Counted from the stretch's first letter, positions 10,998 through 20,899 are shown. The stretch: 64,000 nt of DNA from a virus (IMGVR_UViG_3300037847_005729:638-64637); one strand, 5' to 3'. The notes: a model not told the origin generated them from the sequence alone. A program made the numbers and translations.

Positions 10998-12349
10998 GAA
11001 AACTTGTAATATTTGATTTAGATGGCGTTTTAATCAGCGCAAAAGATATACATTACGAGGCTTTAAATACTGCTATCAGAGAAGTTGGTGAAGAGTATGT
11101 TATTACAAAAAATGAACACTTAAATTTTTATGATGGACTAAAAACAACTAGTAAATTAGAAAAATTAACACAAGATAAAGGTTTACCAATACAAAGTCAT
11201 CAAAAAATATGGAAACAAAAACAAAAAATTACCCAAGAGAAACTTGAAGAGTTAAAACCAAGCAACAACCTAACCGAAACATTTAAATATATAAAATCTA
11301 AAGGTTGCAAAATAGCCTGTTGTTCTAATTCTATTAGACGAACAATATATACAGCTTTATCTAAAATAGGAGCTATGGAATTTTTTGATCTCGTTATTTC
11401 AAATGAAGACGTAAAAAACCAAAAACCACATCCAGAGATGTATTGGGACGCAATGTCTTCCCTATCTTTTACGCCAGAGGAAACGGTTATCGTTGAAGAC
11501 TCTCCACATGGTCTTTTAGCAGCACAAAGATGTGGATGCGATTGTTTAAGGGTCAAAAGTCCAGACGAAGTTACTGTAGAAAAAATGTCATCACTTTTAA
11601 CAAAAGAATCTTTTATAATGAATACAAAATGGCAAGATAAAAACTTAAACGTTCTAATCCCTATGGCTGGGGCAGGAAGTAGATTTGAAAAAGCTGGATA
11701 CACATTTCCTAAACCTTTGATTGAAGTAAATGGAGAACCTATGATTCAAGTTGTTGTAAACAATTTAGATATGGAGGCTAATCATATATTTATTGCTCAA
11801 AAAGCGCACAAAGAAAAATATAATCTAGATTCCATGTTGAACTTAGTTTCTCCAGGCTGTGACATAGTAGAAGTTGATGGCCTTACAGAGGGTGCTGCCT
11901 GCACAACACTGTTAGCTAAAGAATTAATTAACAACGACAATCCTTTAATTATAGCAAACTCAGATCAATTTGTAGAGTGGAATACGAGCGAGTTTATGTA
12001 TAAAATGCAAGAACAAAACGCAGACGCTGGTATTCTTACGTTTAAATCAACACACCCAAAATGGTCATTTGCTAAAGTAAATGAAGATGGTGATGTTATT
12101 GAAGTTGCAGAAAAAAATCCTATATCAGACGTTGCTACTGTTGGTATTTATTATTGGAAAAGAGGTTCTGATTATGTAAAGTATGCAGAACAAATGATTG
12201 CAAAAAACATAAGACACAACAATGAATTTTATGTTTGTCCAGTATTTAATCAAGCTATCGAAGATGGTTTAAAAGTTAAAACATTTGATATTGAAAAAAT
12301 GTGGGGTTTAGGTACTCCAGAAGATTTAAAAACATTTTTAGAAAGATGA
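10994..12349 (+). CDS. HAD phosphatase fused to nucleotidyltransferase
   Basis: FDLDGVL, KPHP, VEDSPHG; then PMAGAGSRF..PKPLI, ANSDQ, GLGTPEDL; ATG at 10994 overlaps previous stop. Confidence 0.88.
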   Translation: MRKLVIFDLDGVLISAKDIHYEALNTAIREVGEEYVITKNEHLNFYDGLKTTSKLEKLTQDKGLPIQSHQKIWKQKQKITQEKLEELKPSNNLTETFKYIKSKGCKIACCSNSIRRTIYTALSKIGAMEFFDLVISNEDVKNQKPHPEMYWDAMSSLSFTPEETVIVEDSPHGLLAAQRCGCDCLRVKSPDEVTVEKMSSLLTKESFIMNTKWQDKNLNVLIPMAGAGSRFEKAGYTFPKPLIEVNGEPMIQVVVNNLDMEANHIFIAQKAHKEKYNLDSMLNLVSPGCDIVEVDGLTEGAACTTLLAKELINNDNPLIIANSDQFVEWNTSEFMYKMQEQNADAGILTFKSTHPKWSFAKVNEDGDVIEVAEKNPISDVATVGIYYWKRGSDYVKYAEQMIAKNIRHNNEFYVCPVFNQAIEDGLKVKTFDIEKMWGLGTPEDLKTFLER

Positions 12350-12765
12350 AAATAATATCGCACAGAGGTAATCTAATGGGTAAATCTGATTACGAAAATG
12401 ACCCAAAACAAATTAAAGCCTGTTTAAGTTTAGGTATAGATTGTGAAATTGATTTGTGGGTAAAAGATAATAAATATTGGCTTGGTCACGATGAGCCTAA
12501 GTATGAAATTAAAAGAAGTTTCTTACAACAACCAGGTTTATGGATTCATTGTAAAAACTTAGAGGCGCTGGAAAAAGCTCCACCAAAAACAAATTATTTT
12601 TGGCATCAAACAGACGATTTTACGTTGACATCTAAAGGTTATATTTGGACTTTTCCAGGAAAAAATGTTGGAAAAAAATCTGTCATAGTTGATAATAGTG
12701 AAGATTGGGATACGAATAGTTACAATTGTTTTGCTATTTGTACAGATTATGTTTTAAAGAAATGA
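12346..12765 (+). CDS. Glycerophosphodiester phosphodiesterase-like (PLC-like) protein
   Basis: ISHRGN, EN, EIDLW, LGHD, WIHCKN, ICTD. Confidence 0.75.
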   Translation: MKIISHRGNLMGKSDYENDPKQIKACLSLGIDCEIDLWVKDNKYWLGHDEPKYEIKRSFLQQPGLWIHCKNLEALEKAPPKTNYFWHQTDDFTLTSKGYIWTFPGKNVGKKSVIVDNSEDWDTNSYNCFAICTDYVLKK

Positions 12766-13811
12766 AAAAAGCGATAGTTACAGGTGTTACGGGTCAAGTC
12801 GGTTCTTACATGGCCGAGTTTTTATTAAAATTTACAGATGTAGAAGTGTATGGTGCAATTCGCAGGTTGAGCGTACCAAATCACAAACATATAGAACATT
12901 TAAAACTAGATCCTAAGTTTCATTTGATTGAAATGGATTTAGGAGACGAGCATAGTATCAATGCTTGTATTGAAGAAATTAAACCAGACTATTTTATGAA
13001 CTTTGCTGCAAATTCTTTTGTTGGCTTAAGTTGGAAGATGCCGGTTAATCATTTTCAAAATAACACAATGGGAGTGTTGCATCAATTAGAAGCTATTAGA
13101 AAACATTGTCCTCACTGTCGTTATTACAATGCAGGTTCTTCAGAAGAGTTTGGTGATGTAATTTATAGCCCACAAGATCTTAAACACCCATCTAGACCTC
13201 GAAGCCCTTATGGCGCTTCTAAAGTAGCTGCAAGACAAATTGTTAAAGTGTGGCGTGATTCTTATAATTTATTTGCTATTCAAGGTTATTTATTTAATCA
13301 CGAATCAGAGCGTCGTGGTGAAGAGTTTGTTACAAGAAAAATCACAATGAATGTGGCTAGAATTAAAAAGCAGTTAGATAACAATAAAAAGCCAGACTTT
13401 TTTGAATTAGGTAACCTAGAGGCTAAAAGAGATTGGAGTCACTCAGAAGATTTTGTTAGAGCTGTTTGGTTAATGTTAAAACAAGATAAACCCAAAGATT
13501 ATTTGTTAGCATCTGGAGAAACGCATTCTGTGAGAGAATTTGTTGAAAAATCTTTTGAATACGCTGGTATAGAAACCAGATGGCATGATGAAGATAACCC
13601 AATGGATACCAAACTTATGTGTTCAAAAACTGGAGCTATTTTGTTAAAAATCAATAGAGATTTTTACCGTCCAGCAGAAGTAGAATTATTATTAGGTGAC
13701 GCTTCTGAAGCCGAAAAAGATTTAAATTGGGAAAAACATGTTGACTTTTCTACATTAGTACGTAGAATGGTAGATAATGATATTAAAGAATCGTCAAGAT
13801 GTAATAGCTAG
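12762..13811 (+). CDS. gmd: GDP-mannose 4,6-dehydratase
   Basis: TGVTGQVGSY, PRSPYGASK, LFNHES.RRGEEFVTRKI, LGNL.AKRDW, RPAEV.LLLGD. Confidence 0.94.
   Translation: MKKAIVTGVTGQVGSYMAEFLLKFTDVEVYGAIRRLSVPNHKHIEHLKLDPKFHLIEMDLGDEHSINACIEEIKPDYFMNFAANSFVGLSWKMPVNHFQNNTMGVLHQLEAIRKHCPHCRYYNAGSSEEFGDVIYSPQDLKHPSRPRSPYGASKVAARQIVKVWRDSYNLFAIQGYLFNHESERRGEEFVTRKITMNVARIKKQLDNNKKPDFFELGNLEAKRDWSHSEDFVRAVWLMLKQDKPKDYLLASGETHSVREFVEKSFEYAGIETRWHDEDNPMDTKLMCSKTGAILLKINRDFYRPAEVELLLGDASEAEKDLNWEKHVDFSTLVRRMVDNDIKESSRCNS
13741..13768 (+). promoter_or_regulatory. sigma70-type promoter
   Basis: TTGACT-N16-TAGAAT, ATG 8 nt downstream (13777). Confidence 0.55.
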
Positions 13812-14121
13812 ATTGATTGAAGTACCAGATAAAGGTACTAGAGCTTTTTGGAAAAAGGAAATGGCCTTGTTAAAAAAGCTAGAATCTAGATATTCGTTAG
13901 ATTTTTTAAAAAACTTGACTTTTCATACAAAGTATGACAGTCTTGCTGTTCTTGCTTCAAAAGCATTAAAAGAAACATTAGACAGAAAATGGCAATATTT
14001 CAATTATCAACCAAAAAAAGACCCATTTGATCAATTTATGGATCAAGGCAAAAAGTTCGGTGATGATTATCAGAAAGAAGCTAATAAATTTAAAAATACA
14101 AAAAAATTCCTAAATGAGTGA
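13777..14121 (+). CDS. Hypothetical protein
   Basis: 114-aa ORF overlapping both neighbours, with promoter. Confidence 0.7.
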   Translation: MILKNRQDVIARLIEVPDKGTRAFWKKEMALLKKLESRYSLDFLKNLTFHTKYDSLAVLASKALKETLDRKWQYFNYQPKKDPFDQFMDQGKKFGDDYQKEANKFKNTKKFLNE

Positions 14122-15226
14122 TATAGATTCAGAAATATTAGACAAGTTTCTCAAAGCTAAAAAAGACGATCATTACAATTTTGAGAAATCAATTGATTAC
14201 AAAGCATCAAGTGGCTCACTGCAACTTGATTTAAACCTAAATGGTGGATTCGGACCAGGCCTACACAGATTTGTAGGAATGAATGAAGGTGGTAAAACTA
14301 GTGCCGCTTTAGAGGTAATGAAAAACATGCTTAATACACAAAAAGAAGCAAAAGGTTTTTATATTAAAGCTGAAGGTCGTTTATCTAACGAAATGGTAGC
14401 TAGATCTGGCGTTAAGTTTGTATACGACGCAAAAGAATGGAAAACTGGCACTTGCTTCGTGTTTGAAAGTAATATTTACGAGGTTGTCGTGGACGCAATT
14501 AAGACTTTGGTAGAACAAAATGAAGACGAACATCAGTATTGTTTTATTTTAGATTCGGTAGATGGTTTAATTTCTAAACAAGATATAGATAAATCTTTCT
14601 ACGATTCTAATAAAGTTGCAGGTGGCGCTGTAATTGCAGCTAACTTTATGAAAAGAATGTCCATATCTCTTGCAAAAAGGGGTCATATGGCCATTTTTAT
14701 TAGTCAAGTGAGGGCAGACATCAAACTAGACCCATACACAAAAGCTCCGATACGTCAGACGTCAGCAACGGGTGGTAATGCATTATTGCACTTCGCCAAC
14801 TACATTATAGAGTTTGAGCCAAGGTTTAAATCAGACCTAATTTTACAAAATCCATCAATTAAACAGCCAGATCCTAAAACAAACCCTATTATTGGTCATT
14901 GGGCTAAGGCTACTATCAAAAAATCACCCAACGAAAAGACAAACAACACTATTTCATACCCAATTAGATATGGTAGAGTTGGTGGAAAATCAGTTTGGGT
15001 AGAGAAAGAATTAGTAGATTTGCTTTATATGTGGGAATTTGTTACCAAAAAAGGCGCTTGGATCACAATTGAAGAAGAATTTAGAGAATTGGTAGCTGAA
15101 TCAGCTTCAGACCTACCAGAAAAGATACAAGGAGAAGCTAATTTATTCAAATTAATTGAAGAAAATGAAGCTTTGTGTGCTTTCTTGATCAATTATTTCA
15201 AAACAAACATAGCCGAACTAGTGTAA
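14114..15226 (+). CDS. RecA/UvsX-like recombinase
   Basis: SGSLQLD..L.GG, Walker A GMNEGGKT, Walker B FILDSV, FISQVR, TGGNAL.HFA. Confidence 0.88.
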   Translation: MSDIDSEILDKFLKAKKDDHYNFEKSIDYKASSGSLQLDLNLNGGFGPGLHRFVGMNEGGKTSAALEVMKNMLNTQKEAKGFYIKAEGRLSNEMVARSGVKFVYDAKEWKTGTCFVFESNIYEVVVDAIKTLVEQNEDEHQYCFILDSVDGLISKQDIDKSFYDSNKVAGGAVIAANFMKRMSISLAKRGHMAIFISQVRADIKLDPYTKAPIRQTSATGGNALLHFANYIIEFEPRFKSDLILQNPSIKQPDPKTNPIIGHWAKATIKKSPNEKTNNTISYPIRYGRVGGKSVWVEKELVDLLYMWEFVTKKGAWITIEEEFRELVAESASDLPEKIQGEANLFKLIEENEALCAFLINYFKTNIAELV

Positions 15227-15262
15227 AGGCTATCTAGCCCTCAGTAGGGGTTGATTTAAGTT

Positions 15263-15973
15263 ATGGAAATACTAAAGAAAAATAAGATTAAAGTAGGACT
15301 TGTTGTCGCAGCTATTGCGGCTTTTTTCCTTTTCGGGGGCAAAGCAGAAGCACAAGACCTAGAACAAACGGTAAAGTCTTGGGACATTGACGTAGAAGTA
15401 GGTAACTACGAAAAACGTATTGATGGCGGACTTTACGGATCTGCAGACGTTGAATATGTAAAGGCGTCTTCAGAGCTAGGAGTAATTGGTGGTTTATCAC
15501 TTATTGGTTCAATTGAGCAAGTAAAAGCTGATGAAGAGGAGTTATATGGTACTATTGGTACTAACCTTTCTACATTTATCGGTGATATTGCTACAGAACT
15601 ATACATTACTTCTATTGATGATGTAAATGCTTATGAGTTAGTTAGTTCTTATGCGGTAAACTTGTTTGGTATTGATTCACTTGTTTCTGTTACAACAGAG
15701 GAAGGTGGTCAATATACAGCAGATATTGCAGTAGGAACAGACCTAGATATCACTGAGCATTTTGCTATCGCAGTTGGATTAGAGTACGGTCAGTCATTTC
15801 AATATGAAACAGACTACAGCTATACTTTAGCTACAATTGGTGTTCAAACAACACTAGATCAGCTTGCAGTGTTCGCTAATTTAAATTATCTAAACAATGA
15901 TTTAAATACAGCTCAAGGCACTAACGGAGAGTGGGAATCAACCGCCGACTTTGGGGTCGCTTTCAACTTTTAA
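15263..15973 (+). CDS. Putative outer-membrane beta-barrel (porin-like) protein
   Basis: Signal peptide ending AEA, alternating amphipathic strands, very acidic, C-terminal GVAFNF. Confidence 0.7.
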   Translation: MEILKKNKIKVGLVVAAIAAFFLFGGKAEAQDLEQTVKSWDIDVEVGNYEKRIDGGLYGSADVEYVKASSELGVIGGLSLIGSIEQVKADEEELYGTIGTNLSTFIGDIATELYITSIDDVNAYELVSSYAVNLFGIDSLVSVTTEEGGQYTADIAVGTDLDITEHFAIAVGLEYGQSFQYETDYSYTLATIGVQTTLDQLAVFANLNYLNNDLNTAQGTNGEWESTADFGVAFNF

Positions 15974-15987
15974 CTTGAAAATAACCG

Positions 15988-16018
15988 AGCCCTCTCTATA
16001 ATAGGAGAGGGCTTTTTT
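15988..16018 (+). terminator. Rho-independent terminator
   Basis: AGCCCTCTC...GAGAGGGCT stem followed by T-run. Confidence 0.8.
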
Positions 16019-16426
16019 ATGAATTTTTTAACTTTATACGGCAAAGAAAAACCTATTAGAAATCCACATAGGTATAAAATTAAGTGGAATGGTAAATCTA
16101 GGAGTAAATTCCAAAGAAATGTTAAAAAATATCTGTATAAACATTGGAGATATCACGCCGTATATGAAGAATTTAAAGTAGCAGGAACACAACTTACTTT
16201 AGATTTTTACAATCATACAGAAAAAATAGCGATAGAGGTGCAGGGCGCACAACATTTACAGTTTGTTAAGCATTTTCATAAAACTAGAGCTAATTTTTTA
16301 AGACAAATACGCAGAGATGACAAAAAAATGGATTTTTGCGAAATAAATGGTATAAAACTGATACAAATTTACCCAGATGATGAATTATCAGAAGAATATT
16401 TTGATAACCTATTGATATCAGTGTAA
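16019..16426 (+). CDS. Putative endonuclease (Vsr/DUF559-like)
   Basis: YEEF, LDFY, IAIEVQG.QH, RDDKK..C..NGI.L. Confidence 0.65.
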   Translation: MNFLTLYGKEKPIRNPHRYKIKWNGKSRSKFQRNVKKYLYKHWRYHAVYEEFKVAGTQLTLDFYNHTEKIAIEVQGAQHLQFVKHFHKTRANFLRQIRRDDKKMDFCEINGIKLIQIYPDDELSEEYFDNLLISV

Positions 16427-16434
16427 ATATACTT

Positions 16435-16677
16435 ATGAGTTCAGATCCCATATTCAAAAAATACGAGGTTCCGACAAAAATAGTTAATGATTTGTACGAA
16501 TCCTCTGGCAAATCTGGTGCTTATAAGGGTATAATAGTTGCATATTGTACAGAAAGTGGCGAACCAGTTGTTTTTTCTAGGTGTGATAGCAAAATTACAG
16601 AAATGGGTTTAAAAAAGTGTCTTGAAGAGTTTTTGGCACCTTTAGAAATCACAGACGAAATAGCAGATCAAGAATAA
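16435..16677 (+). CDS. Hypothetical protein
   Basis: 80-aa ORF preceded by GTGTAA-N8-ATG motif. Confidence 0.65.
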   Translation: MSSDPIFKKYEVPTKIVNDLYESSGKSGAYKGIIVAYCTESGEPVVFSRCDSKITEMGLKKCLEEFLAPLEITDEIADQE

Positions 16678-16700
16678 TAATTAAATTTGCCGTAAAACAC

Positions 16701-16728
16701 TTGACTTTTTAAATAAGCCACGTAGTAT
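16701..16728 (+). promoter_or_regulatory. sigma70-type promoter, leaderless geometry
   Basis: TTGACT-N16-TAGTAT-N6-ATG(16735). Confidence 0.6.
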
Positions 16729-16734
16729 GGCGTG

Positions 16735-18249
16735 ATGATGTATAGTTATGAGATTGAAAAACAGGTATTAGCCGCACTCATACAAAAACCTAAAGATTTT
16801 ATAGATTATTTTACATTCTTAAAGTCTGATGATTTTTATGATAAAAACTCCCTTTTAAACAAAACTATTTTCCTATCCTTAAAAAACGCTGTAGTAAAAG
16901 GGGAAAGCATAGATGAAGTTATTCTATGTCAAAGATTACAAGACTTGGGGATAAGTTTTGAAGACGATATTAATTTATCAGATTACATACAATCACTTTC
17001 TATAAGAAAAATACAATCACAATCTAAGATAGAAAGCTTAATAAGAGAGTTAAGAAAACTCACTGTTAGGAGAGAAATATCGGCCACAGCTGACACGATA
17101 TCTAAAAAAATGAAGTCTATGTCTGCTGAAAAATCTTATAATGAAATTGTAGACACGGCTGATAAACTTTACAACTCTCAAATAAATTTATTTGAAAATG
17201 GTGTTGATACGCCATCTAATATCTATGATGAAATGGAAGATTTCATAGAGGAACGTGGCAATAATCCGATTGAGGAATTTGGCTTTATGGGGCCTCACGA
17301 AAAAATTAATGACATATATGGTTCTTTATTAAGGCCTGGAAATATCACTGTCATAGTAGCTAGATCTGGTGTAGGTAAAACACAGTTTTGTATGGATTAT
17401 GCTACTAAAACCGCAGCCAAATACGATGTTCCAGTTTTACATTTTGATAATGGAGAAATGAGTAAAGAAGAGCTTGTTATTAGGCAGTGTGCTGCTTTGT
17501 CTGGTGTACCTGCTCATTTATTAGAAAGTGGCAAATGGAGACAAGCTGGAGATGATACAGTTGCTAGAGTTAGAAGTGTTTGGGCTAAAGTTAAAAAATT
17601 AAAATTTTACTACTATAATGTTGGTGGGTTAGAAGTTGATAATATAATTAACACACTAAAAAGATTTTACTATTCAAAAGTTGGAAGAGGCAACAAGATG
17701 ATTTTTTCTTTTGATTATATCAAAACTTCATCTGAAAAATCTAATAAAAACGAGTGGCAAGTTGTAGGTGAGATGGTTGATAAATTTAAAAAATGTATTC
17801 AAAAAGAGATATTAGAGGACGGCAATCCAGTCATACCAATGATTACATCTGTTCAAAGTAATAGATATGGAATCACAAACAATAGAAACGCACAAAATAT
17901 AATTGATGATGAATCTGTTGTCTCTTTGTCGGACAGAATAGTACATTTTTGTTCTCATATGTTTATACTTAGGAGCAAATCAAATGATGAAATTATAGAT
18001 GAGCATGATTCTTTTGGCACACATAAACTAATTAATATTAAGTCAAGACACTTAGGTAAAGATATAGCTGGTGCGGTAGAGCCAGTTAGAGTTGGAGATA
18101 ATCTTCGTAAAAACTTTATCAACTTAGAGTTTAAAAACTTTTGCATAACAGAAAAAGGTGACCTTAGAGATATAGTTAATTTTACAGAAAATCAAGAAAA
18201 CTTAGAATTAACAGATCCACAAGATATTCCAAATTTTGATTCACTATGA
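16735..18249 (+). CDS. dnaB: Replicative DNA helicase, DnaB family
   Basis: E..VL..L N-terminal domain, Walker A ARSGVGKT, GEM, FDYI, QSNR. Confidence 0.88.
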   Translation: MMYSYEIEKQVLAALIQKPKDFIDYFTFLKSDDFYDKNSLLNKTIFLSLKNAVVKGESIDEVILCQRLQDLGISFEDDINLSDYIQSLSIRKIQSQSKIESLIRELRKLTVRREISATADTISKKMKSMSAEKSYNEIVDTADKLYNSQINLFENGVDTPSNIYDEMEDFIEERGNNPIEEFGFMGPHEKINDIYGSLLRPGNITVIVARSGVGKTQFCMDYATKTAAKYDVPVLHFDNGEMSKEELVIRQCAALSGVPAHLLESGKWRQAGDDTVARVRSVWAKVKKLKFYYYNVGGLEVDNIINTLKRFYYSKVGRGNKMIFSFDYIKTSSEKSNKNEWQVVGEMVDKFKKCIQKEILEDGNPVIPMITSVQSNRYGITNNRNAQNIIDDESVVSLSDRIVHFCSHMFILRSKSNDEIIDEHDSFGTHKLINIKSRHLGKDIAGAVEPVRVGDNLRKNFINLEFKNFCITEKGDLRDIVNFTENQENLELTDPQDIPNFDSL

Positions 18250-19283
18250 AATACAGAGATTCTTTAGAAAAATTAGGTTATGTATTAAAAGACCACGGCA
18301 ATCATTGGCGAACTAGTGCTGTTTATAGAAATGGAAAAACTAGTACATCTGTTATAATATATAAAAACACTGGTGTATGGAGAGATTTTGGTATAGACTC
18401 TACTCCATTACCATTTAAAGTTTTAGTAGAAAAAACGCTTAATACAAAAGACCCTAAAATATTAAAACAATATGTTTCAGATTCAGCAGTTGATACAGAA
18501 ACATATCAACCTAAAGAAGAAAAAATACAGATGGAAAAAATATACCCCAAATCATATTTAGAAAAACTTTTACCTATAAGAAATTTTTATCAAAAGAAAA
18601 ATATCTCAACAGAGACTCAAGAATTATTTATGTGCGGATATGCTGGAAATGGTAAAATGTATCGTCGTATTGTTTTTCCAATTTTTAATTTAGATAATCA
18701 AATACATGGTTTTTCTGGTCGCACTGTCGTAGAGGGAGATAATATACCGAAATGGAAACATTTGGGTAGAAAAACAGATTGGGTTTATCCACATCACCTT
18801 GCTCACGACCACATTGATAAGCAAGGAGAAGTTATTTTAGTAGAAAGTATTGGCGACTGTATGGCTCTTTATGAAGCTGGATTTAAAAATGTTTTGATGC
18901 TCGCTGGTTTAGATATCTCATCTAAAGTAATGTCGTATCTTAATACTTTTAATTTAGATAAAATCATTGTAGCAATGAACAATGATAAAAACAAAGAAAC
19001 TAACTCTGGTGGTATAGCTTCAGTTAAAACCGTTGCAAAATTATCTCAAATATATGATTTAAATGTCATATCCATTAATCCACCATTACTTAATGACTTT
19101 GGAGATATGTTACATGGTGATCCTCCTAATACTGATATATTTTCAAGTTGGTACGCAAGAAAAGATAAATGGAACTTAGGAGATGAAAAAACACAAGATT
19201 GGATAAAATCTAAAATAGAAAACAACGAATCATTAAATAAAAACGGTTCTTGTAAAAAATTAATTAAAATTTTAAATTCGTGA
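18246..19283 (+). CDS. DNA primase (TOPRIM)
   Basis: RIVFPI, GFSGR, PKWK, LVESIGD, AMNND, NDFGD; follows DnaB. Confidence 0.85.
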   Translation: MKYRDSLEKLGYVLKDHGNHWRTSAVYRNGKTSTSVIIYKNTGVWRDFGIDSTPLPFKVLVEKTLNTKDPKILKQYVSDSAVDTETYQPKEEKIQMEKIYPKSYLEKLLPIRNFYQKKNISTETQELFMCGYAGNGKMYRRIVFPIFNLDNQIHGFSGRTVVEGDNIPKWKHLGRKTDWVYPHHLAHDHIDKQGEVILVESIGDCMALYEAGFKNVLMLAGLDISSKVMSYLNTFNLDKIIVAMNNDKNKETNSGGIASVKTVAKLSQIYDLNVISINPPLLNDFGDMLHGDPPNTDIFSSWYARKDKWNLGDEKTQDWIKSKIENNESLNKNGSCKKLIKILNS

Positions 19284-19447
19284 AAAAGGTAGTAATATGG
19301 AGAGTTCTCTCAATAGTTCTTTGTACCCTAATGGCCAGACTCTGGTTTGGGGATTGGCATGTTACCCTTTTTGGTATTTTCATTTCGTTTGTTATGACTA
19401 TAGTTCATTATTATTTCGAAAAAATTTGGGACATTTATGGAAGTTAA
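19280..19447 (+). CDS. Small membrane protein (DUF2061-like), not in ORF track
   Basis: GTG start overlapping primase stop; 55 aa, KVVIWRVLS...HYYFEKIW. Confidence 0.6.
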   Translation: MKKVVIWRVLSIVLCTLMARLWFGDWHVTLFGIFISFVMTIVHYYFEKIWDIYGS

Positions 19448-20426
19448 ATTATCAGCGAGCCGTATAAAAACCGCACAATCTTGTAGTTGGTTATACTGGT
19501 CTAAATATATTCAACATTTACCAGACACCAACAATGATGGTGCAAGACGTGGTAGTATATGTCATAATGTTTTTGAACACTTAGCAAAGCAAAACACCAA
19601 AAAAGCTTTTAACAAAATAGTTAAAGAACAAGATCCATTTGCAGACAAAACTGTTAAAGATATGATGTTGTCTGAAGCATCTGCAGAAGGGATAGATGAC
19701 GATTCAAATATGACACTTATGAAAGAAATGATTCTAAATGGTTTAGATTGTAACTTTCATGGTGAAGATTTAGGTATACCAACAGAAAGTTATGCAGAGC
19801 TAGAATTTGATATAGAAAAAAATGGTTACCGTATTAGGGGTTACATTGATCAACTTTTCTTATACAAAGAAAAAAAAGTAGCCTTAGTAAGAGATTTTAA
19901 AACATCTAAAAAAATATTTGAAGGCAAAGAAAAAGAAGATAATTTACAAGACTACATTTATTGTTTGGCTGTAAAACATTTATTTCCAGAGTATGTAAAT
20001 AGAAATGCAGAGTTTCTTTTCCTTAAATTTAATTTAAAGAAAGAGGGTTTGTTAAAAATGAAGCCTTTAGACGAAGATGACTTAGAAGGTTTTGAATTAC
20101 AATTAGCTAACATACAAGAATATTTAGAAAACTTTGATGAAGTAGATGCACATTCTAATTTTGCACATGACAGAGGTTTCCCAGATGATGGTTCTTTTGG
20201 TGGTAGATTACAGTGTGGTTTTGCAAAAGAAAAAGGTCAGTTAAAAAAGGATGGGTCTGTAATGTGGCATTGTCCATACAAATTTGATTTTTGGTATGTC
20301 ACGATTTTAAACAAAGAAGGAGAGTTTCATGCTTCATGCTTCCAAGATGAGTTTGACAAAAGCATGGTTCCCGAAGGAGGCAGTCACTCAATAAAATACT
20401 ACAAAGGTTGTCCAAAACATTTATGA
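19437..20426 (+). CDS. PD-(D/E)XK exonuclease (RecB/Cas4-like)
   Basis: LSASRI...C, RGS.CH..E, RGYID, RDFKTS, Q..Y, C-terminal Cys residues. Confidence 0.82.
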   Translation: MEVKLSASRIKTAQSCSWLYWSKYIQHLPDTNNDGARRGSICHNVFEHLAKQNTKKAFNKIVKEQDPFADKTVKDMMLSEASAEGIDDDSNMTLMKEMILNGLDCNFHGEDLGIPTESYAELEFDIEKNGYRIRGYIDQLFLYKEKKVALVRDFKTSKKIFEGKEKEDNLQDYIYCLAVKHLFPEYVNRNAEFLFLKFNLKKEGLLKMKPLDEDDLEGFELQLANIQEYLENFDEVDAHSNFAHDRGFPDDGSFGGRLQCGFAKEKGQLKKDGSVMWHCPYKFDFWYVTILNKEGEFHASCFQDEFDKSMVPEGGSHSIKYYKGCPKHL

Positions 20427-20899
20427 AAAAATTTAAAGTTACAAAAGACCAACTAGATAGAGCTAAAAAACTTTTTGATTTCAAAGAGTTAAATAACAGC
20501 ATTACGAAGGGTGAGGGTAATCTTGCTGGAGCGGTCGGTGAAATTATTGTTAAAGACGTCTATAAAGGTAAAGGTGAAAACACTTATGATTATGACACTA
20601 TAATTAAAGACTATAAGATAGATATAAAAACTAAAAAATTTTCAGATCAATTTCACCCAAATGAAAACTGGAACTTAAATGTTTCTGATTACAATACTAA
20701 ACAAAAATGCGATGCTTATTGTTTTGTGGGTGTTAACGAATCTAATACTGTGGCCTATGTTTACGGCTTCATGAAAAAGAAAGAGTTTTATGAGAAAGCT
20801 GTGTTTGGCAAAAAAGGTCAGATAGACCCCAGAGGCAATGGCAAATGGAGGTTTAAATCAGACTGTTATAATATTTTAATTAAAGAATTAAAGATATAG
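20423..20899 (+). CDS. Putative restriction-fold nuclease / hypothetical protein
   Basis: G..GE, YD, IDIKTK motif. Confidence 0.5.
   Translation: MKKFKVTKDQLDRAKKLFDFKELNNSITKGEGNLAGAVGEIIVKDVYKGKGENTYDYDTIIKDYKIDIKTKKFSDQFHPNENWNLNVSDYNTKQKCDAYCFVGVNESNTVAYVYGFMKKKEFYEKAVFGKKGQIDPRGNGKWRFKSDCYNILIKELKI

Noticed and set aside
1-13811. Bacterial chromosomal LPS/capsule locus
   Set aside because: It runs by overlapping genes into phage-type replication and tail modules with the same composition; no export genes or housekeeping context
19437-20426. Cas4 as evidence of a CRISPR system
   Set aside because: Stand-alone PD-(D/E)XK nucleases are routine in phage replication clusters; no other cas genes are present
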